A stretch of DNA of 32,000 nucleotides from a virus. Both the position numbers and the translations under genes were made by a program. The stretch covers positions 1 to 32,000 of the IMG/VR virus record IMGVR_UViG_3300045988_182579. One strand, given 5' to 3'. Under the pieces are notes generated by a model, which did not search any database, was not told the DNA's origin, and saw only the letters and a program-made list of their open reading frames with translations. Below are positions 9,487-17,582 of this stretch, piece after piece. How positions within the stretch are numbered: the first letter of the stretch is position 1; every line of letters starts with the position of its first letter.

Positions 9487-9972
9487 ATGAAGCACAAAAT
9501 CTCGGAAACCGGCGCTCGGATGCTTAAATATCAAGAGCAGCTTGCCGACGAATACAAGTACAAGCCCATCCCACGTACCTTTTTCAAGGATGTGCGGGCA
9601 GAATTTGAAGAAACTTTGCCGGAATGGTGCAATATGTCCGGCGATACGACCAAACTCGAAACCAGAAGCGGCACGGTCATTGCCAGCGGGTATAACCGAA
9701 TCGTGATTGGCGACTACGGCGCATTCGTTGAGTTTTCGCGTGCCCAAGCAAATGCACGTCATTTGAAAATCAAAGAGGGGCAGAGCTATCGTATCGAAGA
9801 CCCGCGCTATGCCGAACATGTGAAATATCTTTGGCTCACAGCGGACGATAACTCTGACGTGAAAGTATACGACCAAAAACGCTTGGTTGAGTACGCTGAC
9901 TACAAGCCGGGGATGCTGTATGTCAGCGTGTACGAGGTGTTTCCAGCGGAAACTGATGCCGGATTATCATGA
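9487..9972 (+). CDS. hypothetical protein
   Basis: ORF starting at ATG 9487 just after the upstream stop. Confidence 0.65.
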   Translation: MKHKISETGARMLKYQEQLADEYKYKPIPRTFFKDVRAEFEETLPEWCNMSGDTTKLETRSGTVIASGYNRIVIGDYGAFVEFSRAQANARHLKIKEGQSYRIEDPRYAEHVKYLWLTADDNSDVKVYDQKRLVEYADYKPGMLYVSVYEVFPAETDAGLS

Positions 9973-10181
9973 CGAGCACTGTGCTTTCGACAGCAAGCCA
10001 ATCAAGCATACACAGTGGGTGCGTTTTCTTGGGAAGGACTAACCATAGGGGCAGGAAGATTCCATTGCCGACCTGTACGCGAAAAGTGGCGCTGTGGTTT
10101 CCATGGTAGGTTCGGCTAAAGATTTGCTGACTTTCCTGCAATCTGCCGGAACCACAAGGCATTTTTGATGCGTTAGCCCCA

Positions 10182-10199
10182 ACCACTATATATAGTGGT
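10182..10199. repeat. perfect 18 bp palindrome ACCACTATATATAGTGGT
   Basis: Read directly; related palindromes at 10225-10238 and 10256-10273. Confidence 0.9.
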
Positions 10200-10247
10200 A
10201 TCTTAATGTTTGTTTACAATTTAGACACTATATATTGTTTCTTTTCA

Positions 10248-10276
10248 TTGACCGGATACCACATATATGGTATAAT
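10248..10276 (+). promoter_or_regulatory. near-consensus sigmaA promoter upstream of first tRNAs
   Basis: TTGACC-N17-TATAAT. Confidence 0.75.
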
Positions 10277-10522
10277 ACAATTGTTCTCAGGAAGAGGAAC
10301 GGCTCCTGAGACATCAAGGTTTTCCTTTCCCCAATCTTGGTCGCATGGCTTCATTTGAGCTGACACAGGTGAAGCGTGAAAATCATCCGTTTCATAGTAA
10401 TATCCTTCCTTTCTTTGGCGCGGGTAACTCCGCGCCAGCCGTCCAAGCAAACAGCCTCCACGCGGCGGACGGTGGACAACAGATGTTTCCGTGTTCCGGG
10501 CATCTGGCTAATGTTTGTATTT

Positions 10523-10598
10523 GCTGGTTTAGCTCAGCTGGTAGAGCAACTGATTTGTAATCAGTCGGTCATCGGTTCAAGTCCGATTTCCAGCTCCA
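10523..10598 (+). tRNA. tRNA-Thr (anticodon TGT)
   Basis: Cloverleaf with loop TTTGTAA, T arm ATCGG-TTCAAGT-CCGAT, encoded CCA; two mismatches at base of acceptor. Confidence 0.85.
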
Positions 10599-11071
10599 GA
10601 CGCTATCCGTTGGATGTATCGAAATCACATGATACGATGCTATACACAACATCTGGCGGACAGCATGCCACCCATTAAGGCGGCCTCCTCGTGGCGGGTG
10701 GCGGACAGCGGCTCTTGCGGCTGCTGACGAATGTCTTAGAAGCATGCAAACGTACGAGCATCCCCGTCAAGTCGGGGCGCATCCAGACGCGACACAGCCG
10801 TAAAGGCGAGATTGCTGCACGGCAACTGGTAAGTTTCGCCGCAGTCTCACACACAGCCCAACAACAACCGTTAACCCGATTTGACAGGGAATCAACGACA
10901 GGGCTCAAAATTTGAAGTTGACCAACACCCAAGCGCTTTCTTGGATTCTCGCGTATCGTCAACGATGAGGTTCGCAAGATTGTCAGGTGGTGTGAAGATG
11001 ACATCCGGGGATGACGACCTACTAAACGGATGTCATGGCGGGGCTAAGTGAGGGTTCACCCGCAATCTTAT

Positions 11072-11146
11072 GCAGGTATCGTATAACGGCTAATACTCCG
11101 CCCCTCCAAGGCGGAGACGCGGGTTCGACCCCCGCTACTTGCTCCA
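11072..11146 (+). tRNA. tRNA-Gly (anticodon TCC)
   Basis: Acceptor GCAGGTA/TACTTGC; stem CCGCC-loop CCTCCAA-GGCGG (C at position 33); T arm GCGGG-TTCGACC-CCCGC; CCA. Confidence 0.85.
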
Positions 11147-11418
11147 CACGTCGCAGTCACCGTACGCCACGACGTTAAACTTGGTGAGCATGGTCCACTT
11201 GTGGTCCGCTGTCCGAATGTCGATGAGACAGCCTCAAAAATAATAGACAAACAGGTGCTGTGCCTGAAAGTATTCGAAAGTCCCGGTGTTAGTCGCGAAT
11301 AAGACCGGAAAACGGTGAAGAGGGTACAATACAGAATCTATCGGCGTGGCTGCCGAATGGTGCTGGATGCGAGTTGGCTTCTCGCTCAAGGGGTGACCAG
11401 CATAAAACACCCTATCGT

Positions 11419-11494
11419 GCTCGATTAGCTCAGTTGGTAGAGCAGCGCATTCGTAACGCGCAGGTCGGCAGTTCGAACCTGCCATCAAGCCCCA
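11419..11494 (+). tRNA. tRNA-Thr (anticodon CGT)
   Basis: Loop TTCGTAA; T arm GGCAG-TTCGAAC-CTGCC; CCA. Confidence 0.9.
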
Positions 11495-11532
11495 TTACCC
11501 AATGAAGCGATAATAGAAAGGAGATGAAACTT

Positions 11533-11916
11533 ATGGAACAGGCAATTATCAATGTCGAAGGTACAACTACCATTGAAACCGCTGCAGCAGCCAAAAAGCT
11601 GATTGGGATGCTTGGCAACCAGAACGTCCGCGCCATCGCTGTCAACCGTGTAAACGACAAGAGCGACGAGGTCATTGTTGAACTCGATTTCGTTCCCGGT
11701 TTGGCACCGCATCTGCACGGCTTCACGCTTCAGGTTAATGGCTTGACCTGTGGTTATGCTGGTACTGGTCCTTCCAATCTGTATGAAGTCCTGCAGGCGG
11801 CTGGCGTGAGTGAAGCTCAGGTAGCACGCGAGGACATCACTCAGAAGAGCACAAAAACCATTCCTCTGCGCCTGGAACGCGCCGTGACTCAGTACGGCGA
11901 CTTCCAGTTTGCGTAA
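11533..11916 (+). CDS. hypothetical protein
   Basis: AAAGGAG upstream; 127 aa. Confidence 0.7.
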   Translation: MEQAIINVEGTTTIETAAAAKKLIGMLGNQNVRAIAVNRVNDKSDEVIVELDFVPGLAPHLHGFTLQVNGLTCGYAGTGPSNLYEVLQAAGVSEAQVAREDITQKSTKTIPLRLERAVTQYGDFQFA

Positions 11917-11946
11917 CGCTATTTGGCGGGCTTGACCCGCCCTCAT

Positions 11947-12022
11947 GGAGGGGTAGCTTAGCTGGATAAAGCACCTGCCGCAAAGCAGGGTATCGATGGT
12001 TCGAGGCCATCTCCCTTCTCCA
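11947..12022 (+). tRNA. tRNA-Cys-like (anticodon GCA), 6 nt anticodon loop
   Basis: Stem CCTGC-loop CGCAAA-GCAGG; T arm GATGG-TTCGAGG-CCATC; CCA. Anticodon loop short by one nucleotide. Confidence 0.7.
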
Positions 12023-12381
12023 TCCAGACACCCTTTCGCTTCCTTTCGCCAAAGGTATCTGGGGTATTGTACTGCATTGCGTGTAGTACGGCCAATCAGG
12101 CGCGGAACTCCGAAACCATACCACGAAGAATTTTATCCTCTCCGCGCAGCATGGACATGCGATTTTACGGGGATAAATTCAAACCGAAATTGTGTCGAGT
12201 GGCGAAGACGGTTGCGACACTGGCGAAGCACATATCTGCTTCGTCAACCATCCATGAGAAAGCCTCCACGTGGCAGATGGTGGGCAACGCAGCAAAGCTG
12301 CGGCTGATTTCTTTCAAACCGGTATCTGAATAAATGCAGATAAATAGACGAAAAAATCAAAAAAGCAAAGGAGTACACAGC

Positions 12382-13515
12382 ATGAGTAATCAGAAAATCA
12401 TCAAAGCAATCGCAGGGATTGCAGCAGCCGGTATGATGGCAACTTGTCTGCCTGTCGCAGCATTCGCAGCCACCGGCGACACCTATCATTTCTCTTTCAG
12501 CAACGGTTCTTCCCAGGACCTGGCTCCGGGCGGCTCTATGACGTTCCCGGCAAGCCAGTATGACTACGGTTACTGGATTACCCTGCAGGGCCACGGCGGC
12601 TACACCTACAACTACTATCCCGGCGACACTCTGCCGTACGATGCAGTTGACCAGTGGTTCACCGCTGACGGCATCACTTCCTGCTATGCGGCCGAAGGTA
12701 ATCCGCGTTCCATCACCATCAACTATCAGATTGACGGCAACACTGTGCTGACCGAAACTGACACCGCCACTTTCCCCGGCAGCGTTGATGGTCAGAGCGT
12801 TGAAGCCTGGACCACCGATTCCGGCGATACTTACACCGCATCCAGCAAGAGCCTGAACCATGACCGCCTGTTCTACTACCTGGGCGACGACATCCACGAC
12901 AACGTCCTGACCCTGAAAGCCACTTCTGCATCCACTCCCGATGACGGCAAGGATGACAACAAGGGCGATGACAAGGGCGATGTCACCAACCCCGACGATA
13001 AGGGCGACAACAAGGGCGACAATACCGGCGACAGCGGCACCACCACTCCCGATGACAAGGGCGACGTAGTGGCCCCCGATAAGGACAACACCGGTAAGGA
13101 CAACACTTCTACCGGCTCCAACAAGGGCAACGGTACTACCACCACTACTCCGACCGCTCCTCGCAAGAACGTTGAGGTTTCTGAGCACGGTGAAATTGCC
13201 GCCGCTATTGCCAATGGCACCTGGGGCAATGAGTACACCGTCTGCACCAGCTGTGGCTATCACAACTGGACCCGCAAGGGTAACGTTTACGTCTGTGACC
13301 ATTGTGGTCATGAAGTCCTGACTGTTAAGGGCGCTGATGGCGTCAAGGGCTATGCTGGCACTCTGGCTGGCAACGAGCCCCAGTACGCTTCTACCTCTGA
13401 AGCTCAGGCTGCTGCTGAAAAGCGTGAAGCCGCTTATGCCGCTTCCATCGCTGCTCTGCAGGCACAGGTTGCCGCTCGTGAAGCTGCTTATGCCGCTTCC
13501 CTGGGCATCCACTAA
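12382..13515 (+). CDS. secreted protein: signal peptide, Asp/Gly/Lys-rich linker, C-terminal CxxC/CxxC ribbon
   Basis: MSNQKIIKAIAGIAAAGMMATCLPVAAFAATGD; DDKGDNKGD linker; CTSCGYHNWTRKGNVYVCDHCGHEV. Confidence 0.8.
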   Translation: MSNQKIIKAIAGIAAAGMMATCLPVAAFAATGDTYHFSFSNGSSQDLAPGGSMTFPASQYDYGYWITLQGHGGYTYNYYPGDTLPYDAVDQWFTADGITSCYAAEGNPRSITINYQIDGNTVLTETDTATFPGSVDGQSVEAWTTDSGDTYTASSKSLNHDRLFYYLGDDIHDNVLTLKATSASTPDDGKDDNKGDDKGDVTNPDDKGDNKGDNTGDSGTTTPDDKGDVVAPDKDNTGKDNTSTGSNKGNGTTTTTPTAPRKNVEVSEHGEIAAAIANGTWGNEYTVCTSCGYHNWTRKGNVYVCDHCGHEVLTVKGADGVKGYAGTLAGNEPQYASTSEAQAAAEKREAAYAASIAALQAQVAAREAAYAASLGIH

Positions 13516-13563
13516 TTTGCCATCCTCTAACTAACGGTAATCGATAGTTTTTTCTCCTTGCTG

Positions 13564-13589
13564 TGGGGCGGGATTTCGGTCCCGCCCCA
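13564..13589 (+). terminator. GC-rich hairpin, likely terminator
   Basis: TGGGGCGGGATTTCGGTCCCGCCCCA followed by TCCTTTT. Confidence 0.75.
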
Positions 13590-13598
13590 TCCTTTTAT

Positions 13599-13688
13599 GG
13601 TCAGATGTCCGAGTGGTTTAAGGAACTGGTCTTGAAAACCAGCGGCGCCGCAAACGTCCGTGGGTTCGAATCCCACTCTGGCCGCCAT
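13599..13688 (+). tRNA. tRNA-Ser (anticodon TGA)
   Basis: Loop CTTGAAA, long variable arm, T arm GTGGG-TTCGAAT-CCCAC, G73, CCA. Confidence 0.95.
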
Positions 13689-13800
13689 GTTTGCCGGGAC
13701 TTCCCGGCTTTTTTGTTTTTGTGAGCAGCACAAGGCAACAGATTGCTATATCGAATAGGGTTGTGTATACTAGAGAAAAAGCAGATTAAGAGGAAACGCC

Positions 13801-14505
13801 ATGACAAAACAGTCTGACATTGAGATGGTTGCCAAAGCCAGAGCTTGGGCTGTTAAGGCTCATGCCGGGCAAAAAGACAAGGCGGGGAAGGATTACTTCA
13901 AAGCGCACGTTACGGTTGTAGCAGAAGGCGTAAAAGGTGACCCAATAGCCGAGGCTGTGGCATTTCTGCATGATACGGTCGAAGATACGTCCGTCACAAT
14001 AGAAGACATCAGAACGGGGTTTCCAAAAGAGGTTGCTGACACTGTGAGTACGTTGACCCATAGCAAGGGTATATCGTATGCTGAATATCTTTGGTATATT
14101 CAGCAAAATTCTATTGCTGTCAAAGTAAAGCTCTCGGACCTGCGCAGCAATATGGACTTAACCAGGCTCCCTCACACTCCAACTAAAAGGGACTTGGAAA
14201 GAACCAGAAAATACAAGCGGGCATATACGATACTGTCATCGAGAGAAGGTATAAGCGCAGTTAATCCGTATGCACTGTACGACTACTTGCTGGCAAACAA
14301 CTGGAGCGTCAAAAGGAAAAGCACGAGGACTCCCGTTCTGGAAACAACGAATGGTTCTGCTGAAATCAAGGTGCCCATCGACCTGGCTTTGGCTGACTAT
14401 GAGTCCAGGATGGCTGAGGCTTTAAGCGAATTGTGTTCGTGTGAGGGCATACCGTTCTCGAATGCAATAGCGCAGATTGCTGCTTGGAGACCGGTCAAAC
14501 AATGA
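13801..14505 (+). CDS. RelA/SpoT-type HD hydrolase-like protein (small alarmone hydrolase-like)
   Basis: AWAVKAHAGQKDKAGKDYFKAHV, AVAFLHDTVEDTSVTIEDI, VKLSDLRSNMDLTR; no synthetase domain. Confidence 0.8.
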   Translation: MTKQSDIEMVAKARAWAVKAHAGQKDKAGKDYFKAHVTVVAEGVKGDPIAEAVAFLHDTVEDTSVTIEDIRTGFPKEVADTVSTLTHSKGISYAEYLWYIQQNSIAVKVKLSDLRSNMDLTRLPHTPTKRDLERTRKYKRAYTILSSREGISAVNPYALYDYLLANNWSVKRKSTRTPVLETTNGSAEIKVPIDLALADYESRMAEALSELCSCEGIPFSNAIAQIAAWRPVKQ

Positions 14506-14537
14506 GCGCGGGCCTGCCATTATTTTTACGAAAAGCC

Positions 14538-14566
14538 TTGACTTTGGCTTTTACATATTGTATAAT
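14538..14566 (+). promoter_or_regulatory. sigmaA promoter ahead of second tRNA block
   Basis: TTGACT-N17-TATAAT. Confidence 0.7.
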
Positions 14567-14898
14567 TAAGACGCTGAATTTGATGAAAGGAAAACTGCAC
14601 GATGTTTGCTGCTATGATGAACAAACAGAATAAATTGCAAAAGCTGTGGAGCAATTGGAATCTCTTCGGCTGTTTTGTGTTGTCTGTTTGTGCAAATCAT
14701 AGTGCAGTGATGGTTGAATAAAATCATCCAAGTATCGGTTGTTTTCCATACTCTGCACGATATGAGCACCTGTCAGACGCACAACGCCTGATGGGTGCTT
14801 TTTTGATGCAGAAAATCAGAATCAGGACACTCTAATGCCGCTGGAGTGAATTCCAGCCAGGCTTATTAAAGTGTATGCTATTATACATAATGTATATT

Positions 14899-14972
14899 CG
14901 AGGATTCGCCAAACGGTAAGGCATCAGGCTTTGACCCTGACAACGGTTGTTCGACTCGACCATTCTCGACCA
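14899..14972 (+). tRNA. tRNA-Gln (anticodon TTG)
   Basis: Acceptor CGAGGAT/ATTCTCG; loop CTTTGAC; T arm GGTTG-TTCGACT-CGACC; CCA. Confidence 0.85.
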
Positions 14973-15052
14973 ACGCTCACTTTCATGCGCATCGGAAGTG
15001 AGATTCCTCAAAGCTGTGTTCCCATAAGCAAGGCACGGAAGATGCGCGACAA

Positions 15053-15128
15053 GTGCTCGTAACTCAATCGGTAGAGTACCCGACTTTTAATCGGGGTGTT
15101 CGGGATTCGATTTCCCGCGAGCGCACCA
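15053..15128 (+). tRNA. tRNA-Lys (anticodon TTT)
   Basis: Acceptor GTGCTCG/CGAGCGC; loop CTTTTAA; CCA. Confidence 0.95.
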
Positions 15129-15159
15129 TGCCCGGCAGAGCATTATCTGCCACTTTTGT

Positions 15160-15235
15160 GGGTGTATAGCTCAGTAGGCAGAGCGGCGGACCGTTAATCC
15201 GTTTGTCGCAGGTTCAAATCCTGCTACGCCCGCCA
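15160..15235 (+). tRNA. tRNA-Asn (anticodon GTT), C33
   Basis: Acceptor GGGTGTA/TACGCCC; loop CCGTTAA; CCA. Confidence 0.9.
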
Positions 15236-15238
15236 TAA

Positions 15239-15316
15239 GCTCCTCTGGTGAAATTGGCAGACACAGTGCGCTCAAACCGCACCGTTTTGAGGGTTCGAAT
15301 CCCTCGGGGAGTACCA
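15239..15316 (+). tRNA. tRNA-Leu (anticodon CAA) with short variable arm
   Basis: Stem GTGCG-loop CTCAAAC-CGCAC; T arm GAGGG-TTCGAAT-CCCTC; A73 CCA. Confidence 0.85.
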
Positions 15317-15345
15317 TGTCCGGCAGTACAACAACTGCCATTTAT

Positions 15346-15421
15346 GGGTTGTTAGCTCAGTTGGCAGAGCAACAGACCGTTAATCCGTGGGCCGCAGGTT
15401 CGAATCCTGCACAACCCGCCA
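15346..15421 (+). tRNA. tRNA-Asn (anticodon GTT), second copy, C33
   Basis: Acceptor GGGTTGT/ACAACCC; loop CCGTTAA; CCA. Confidence 0.9.
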
Positions 15422-15424
15422 TAT

Positions 15425-15499
15425 GCTCCAGTGGCGAAACTGGCAAACGCGGCGGCTTTAAGTCCCGTTTTACTCTGGGTTCGACTCCCAGCTGGAGTA
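15425..15499 (+). tRNA. tRNA-Leu (anticodon TAA), CCA not encoded
   Basis: Acceptor GCTCCAG/CTGGAGT; loop TTTAAGT; T arm CTGGG-TTCGACT-CCCAG. Confidence 0.85.
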
Positions 15500-15506
15500 T
15501 CTATAT

Positions 15507-15582
15507 AGGGGTGTAGCTCAAGTGGTAGAGCAGCGGTCTCCAAAACCGCTTGTTGCATGTTCGAGTCGTGTTACCCCTGCCA
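15507..15582 (+). tRNA. tRNA-Trp (anticodon CCA)
   Basis: Acceptor AGGGGTG/TACCCCT; loop CTCCAAA; G73 CCA. Confidence 0.95.
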
Positions 15583-15591
15583 CAATAAGAA

Positions 15592-15622
15592 AAGCCGTCC
15601 TCGCATAAGAGGCGGCTTTTTG
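15592..15622 (+). terminator. intrinsic terminator after tRNA block
   Basis: AAGCCGTCCTCGCATAAGAGGCGGCTTTTTG. Confidence 0.8.
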
Positions 15623-15726
15623 TTTTGGAGAGTATACAGACCAAAAAACTAAACCACAAGTTGATTGCGAACTTGCGAAAACATGGTATAATAATATCAG
15701 AACGAAACGAAAGGAGATACCCCAAA

Positions 15727-15867
15727 ATGCTGTGCAACACTGTTAATGTCATGTCGTATGAGTATAGTTACGAATATTCTGAGTTCATGTCCTTTGAACG
15801 CAGTTTTATTTCTCATACTCCTCGACAGGCAAAAACAGACCATGTACAGATGCGGTGCGTCTTCTAA
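15727..15867 (+). CDS. small hypothetical protein (46 aa)
   Basis: AAAGGAG RBS 8-9 nt upstream; promoter TTGCGA-N16-TATAAT at 15665-15692. Confidence 0.45.
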   Translation: MLCNTVNVMSYEYSYEYSEFMSFERSFISHTPRQAKTDHVQMRCVF

Positions 15868-15953
15868 GCGATAACTGCATGTCATAGCTGCTTGTCGAGA
15901 TTTCGGCAGGCAGCTTTTTTGTTGCCTGCAATACAGAAAGGCAGCAAGAAAAA

Positions 15954-16175
15954 ATGAACGTTCCTACTATTGATATTCAGAAAACTGGTGCCAACATTAA
16001 GACACTGCGAAAGGCAGCAGGTATCAAGGTGAAAGATGTGGCAGATACACTCGGCGTATCCACGCAGGCAGTTGCCAAATGGCAAGCTGGAACAGCGCTC
16101 CCCACCATCGACAACCTTGTGATATTGGCAGCGATGCTGGATACCAAGATAGATGACATCCTTGTCATCGCATAA
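15954..16175 (+). CDS. XRE-family helix-turn-helix regulator
   Basis: IKTLRKAAGIKVKDVADTLGVSTQAVAKWQAGTALPTIDNLVILAAML. Confidence 0.9.
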   Translation: MNVPTIDIQKTGANIKTLRKAAGIKVKDVADTLGVSTQAVAKWQAGTALPTIDNLVILAAMLDTKIDDILVIA

Positions 16176-16204
16176 ACCCTCGCCGCAGGATTGCGGCTAT
16201 ATAT

Positions 16205-16284
16205 GGCCCGTTGGACGAATTGGTAGAGTTGCCGCCCTTTCACGGCGGAGGTTATTGTGGGTTCGAAACCCACACGGGTCACCA
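16205..16284 (+). tRNA. tRNA-Glu (anticodon TTC)
   Basis: Loop CTTTCAC in CCGCC/GGCGG stem; T arm GTGGG-TTCGAAA-CCCAC; CCA. Confidence 0.9.
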
Positions 16285-16285
16285 T

Positions 16286-16361
16286 GCTTCTGTAGCTCAG
16301 TTGGTAGAGCAGCGGTCTGAAGAACCGCGTGTCGCTGGTTCGATTCCAGCCGGAAGCACCA
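16286..16361 (+). tRNA. tRNA-Phe (anticodon GAA)
   Basis: Acceptor GCTTCTG/CGGAAGC; loop CTGAAGA; CCA. Confidence 0.95.
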
Positions 16362-16364
16362 TAT

Positions 16365-16449
16365 GTGTCGGTATGCAAGAGGTTAAAGCAGGCGGTCTGT
16401 AAAACCGCTCCGTTTCGGTTCGCTGGTTCGAATCCAGCCCGGCACACCA
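16365..16449 (+). tRNA. tRNA-Tyr (anticodon GTA)
   Basis: Loop CTGTAAA, long variable arm, CCA. Confidence 0.95.
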
Positions 16450-16452
16450 TAA

Positions 16453-16526
16453 GGCCCCTTCGACAAGTTGGTCCAAGTCGCCAGCCTCTCAAGCTGGAGT
16501 CGGCAGTTCGAGTCTGCCAGGGTTCA
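16453..16526 (+). tRNA. tRNA-Glu (anticodon CTC), CCA not encoded
   Basis: Stem CCAGC-loop CTCTCAA-GCTGG; T arm GGCAG-TTCGAGT-CTGCC. Confidence 0.8.
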
Positions 16527-16558
16527 CTACGTCGCACCTACGTTAAAAGGTGCATTAT

Positions 16559-16648
16559 GCAGAGGTCGCCTAACGGTAGGGCAGCAGCTTGCTAAGCTGC
16601 CGTCGCGGAAATCGCGGCATGTGAGTTCGAATCTCACCCTCTGCGCCA
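16559..16648 (+). tRNA. tRNA-Ser (anticodon GCT)
   Basis: Acceptor GCAGAGG/CCTCTGC; loop TTGCTAA; long variable arm; G73 CCA. Confidence 0.95.
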
Positions 16649-16651
16649 TCT

Positions 16652-16739
16652 GCTTGCTTGTTCGAGTGGTTGATGAAATCGGTCCAGAAAACCGACGATG
16701 GGAGACTGTCCGAAGGTTCGAATCCTTCAGCAAGCGCCA
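16652..16739 (+). tRNA. tRNA-Ser-like (loop CCAGAAA; nominal anticodon AGA), C33
   Basis: Acceptor GCTTGCT/AGCAAGC; long variable arm; T arm GAAGG-TTCGAAT-CCTTC; G73 CCA. Confidence 0.8.
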
Positions 16740-17098
16740 CTGCCCTCATTCTGTGCGGTATCCGTGCAGGTGAGGGCTTTTTCTTTTGCTTTTCGCTTCG
16801 AATTTCGGACTCGAATGGCGTTAATGGTCGGATATTCTTGATTATACATGCCTTTGCTGTATGGCAAATAGCTCCAAACAGTATTGGTTTTTACACCCAA
16901 TTCTTCTGCAATTTCAGGAACTGACATACCGTTCGCACGCAGCTTCCCGATTTTTTCTGATGTTTCATCTGACCAGGCCCCGGCCGTAATCAGTATTTTG
17001 CGCACTTTCTGCAATGAGATGCCTGCACGTTTGGCAATGGTTCTTCTAGGTATACCTTGCTCATGGAGCCGGAGAACCGTCTGCATTGTCGCGTCCAT
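16727..17098 (-). CDS. helix-turn-helix protein, same style as the 5.3-7.3 kb operon
   Basis: MDATMQTVLRLHEQGIPRRTIAKRAGISLQKVRKIL...LRANGMSVPEIAEELGVKTNTVWSYL; 3' end overlaps the last tRNA. Confidence 0.75.
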   Translation of the reverse strand: MDATMQTVLRLHEQGIPRRTIAKRAGISLQKVRKILITAGAWSDETSEKIGKLRANGMSVPEIAEELGVKTNTVWSYLPYSKGMYNQEYPTINAIRVRNSKRKAKEKALTCTDTAQNEGSGAC

Positions 17099-17381
17099 TT
17101 GTCAGTACCTCGCCGTTATCGATTTTTGTATTGCCCTAATTGTTGTACTTTAATCATACAGCAAAGCAACAAAATTGTCCAGGAAGCAAAAGTGCCTTCA
17201 TTTGCCACTGATTCATCCGTTCGGAACGATATCGAAAATACCTTGATATTATTCCGATGCAATATTCCGATAAGCCGACTTTGTTCCGCAAATTGTGGAT
17301 TGGATTCCTACCAAAGTTTGAAAGCAGAATGTTTCATCTATAGCTGCAAGGCTTTGGTGAGGACGTTCACGGAATCAGTCC

Positions 17382-17434
17382 TTGACACCTCCCACGATTG
17401 AAATCGTGGGCTTTCCCGGCCTTCGTTTGGTAAA
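17382..17434. repeat. 53 bp IS605-like end fragment, copy A
   Basis: TTGACACCTCCCACGATTGAAATCGTGGGCTTTCCCGGCCTTCGTTTGGTAAA, identical to 29841-29893. Confidence 0.85.
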
Positions 17435-17582
17435 TCTAACGGCAGGATACTGCTCAAAGGTACAAATCATTCAGCAAACGTCACAATCTCCAAAGTCAGC
17501 GATTGTTCGTAAATTTATGGGGGACTGCTTTCTTGTTTAGCACCACAATTTGTGATATAATAGCGAAAGAAAACAATGAATA

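Noticed and set aside
9955-10170. Coding-looking reading MPDYHDEHCAFDSK... and ADLYAKSGAVVSMVGSAKDLLTFLQSAG
   Set aside because: The frame is broken by TAA as well as TAG, so it is not evidence for TAG recoding; may be a decayed gene.
11330-11410. GCGAG-TTGGCTT-CTCGC as a possible tRNA-Ala(GGC)
   Set aside because: No standard T arm or acceptor pairing; only the single hairpin is credible.
12945-13100. Repetitive GACAAGGGCGA units, possible CRISPR-like or tandem repeat
   Set aside because: Short irregular codon-phased repeats encoding a DKGD linker; no spacers.
12244-13512. 422 aa minus-strand ORF
   Set aside because: Antisense to the secreted protein gene; repetitive Val/Gly/Ala composition mirrors the DKGD linker.
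14835-14875. CTCTAAT as a possible CTA (amber suppressor) anticodon loop
   Set aside because: Flanking bases GGACA/GCCGC do not form an anticodon stem; no acceptor or T arm. No suppressor tRNA seen in the window.
17057-17401. 114 aa + strand ORF
   Set aside because: Overlaps the minus-strand HTH gene start and an IS end; no RBS or family features.
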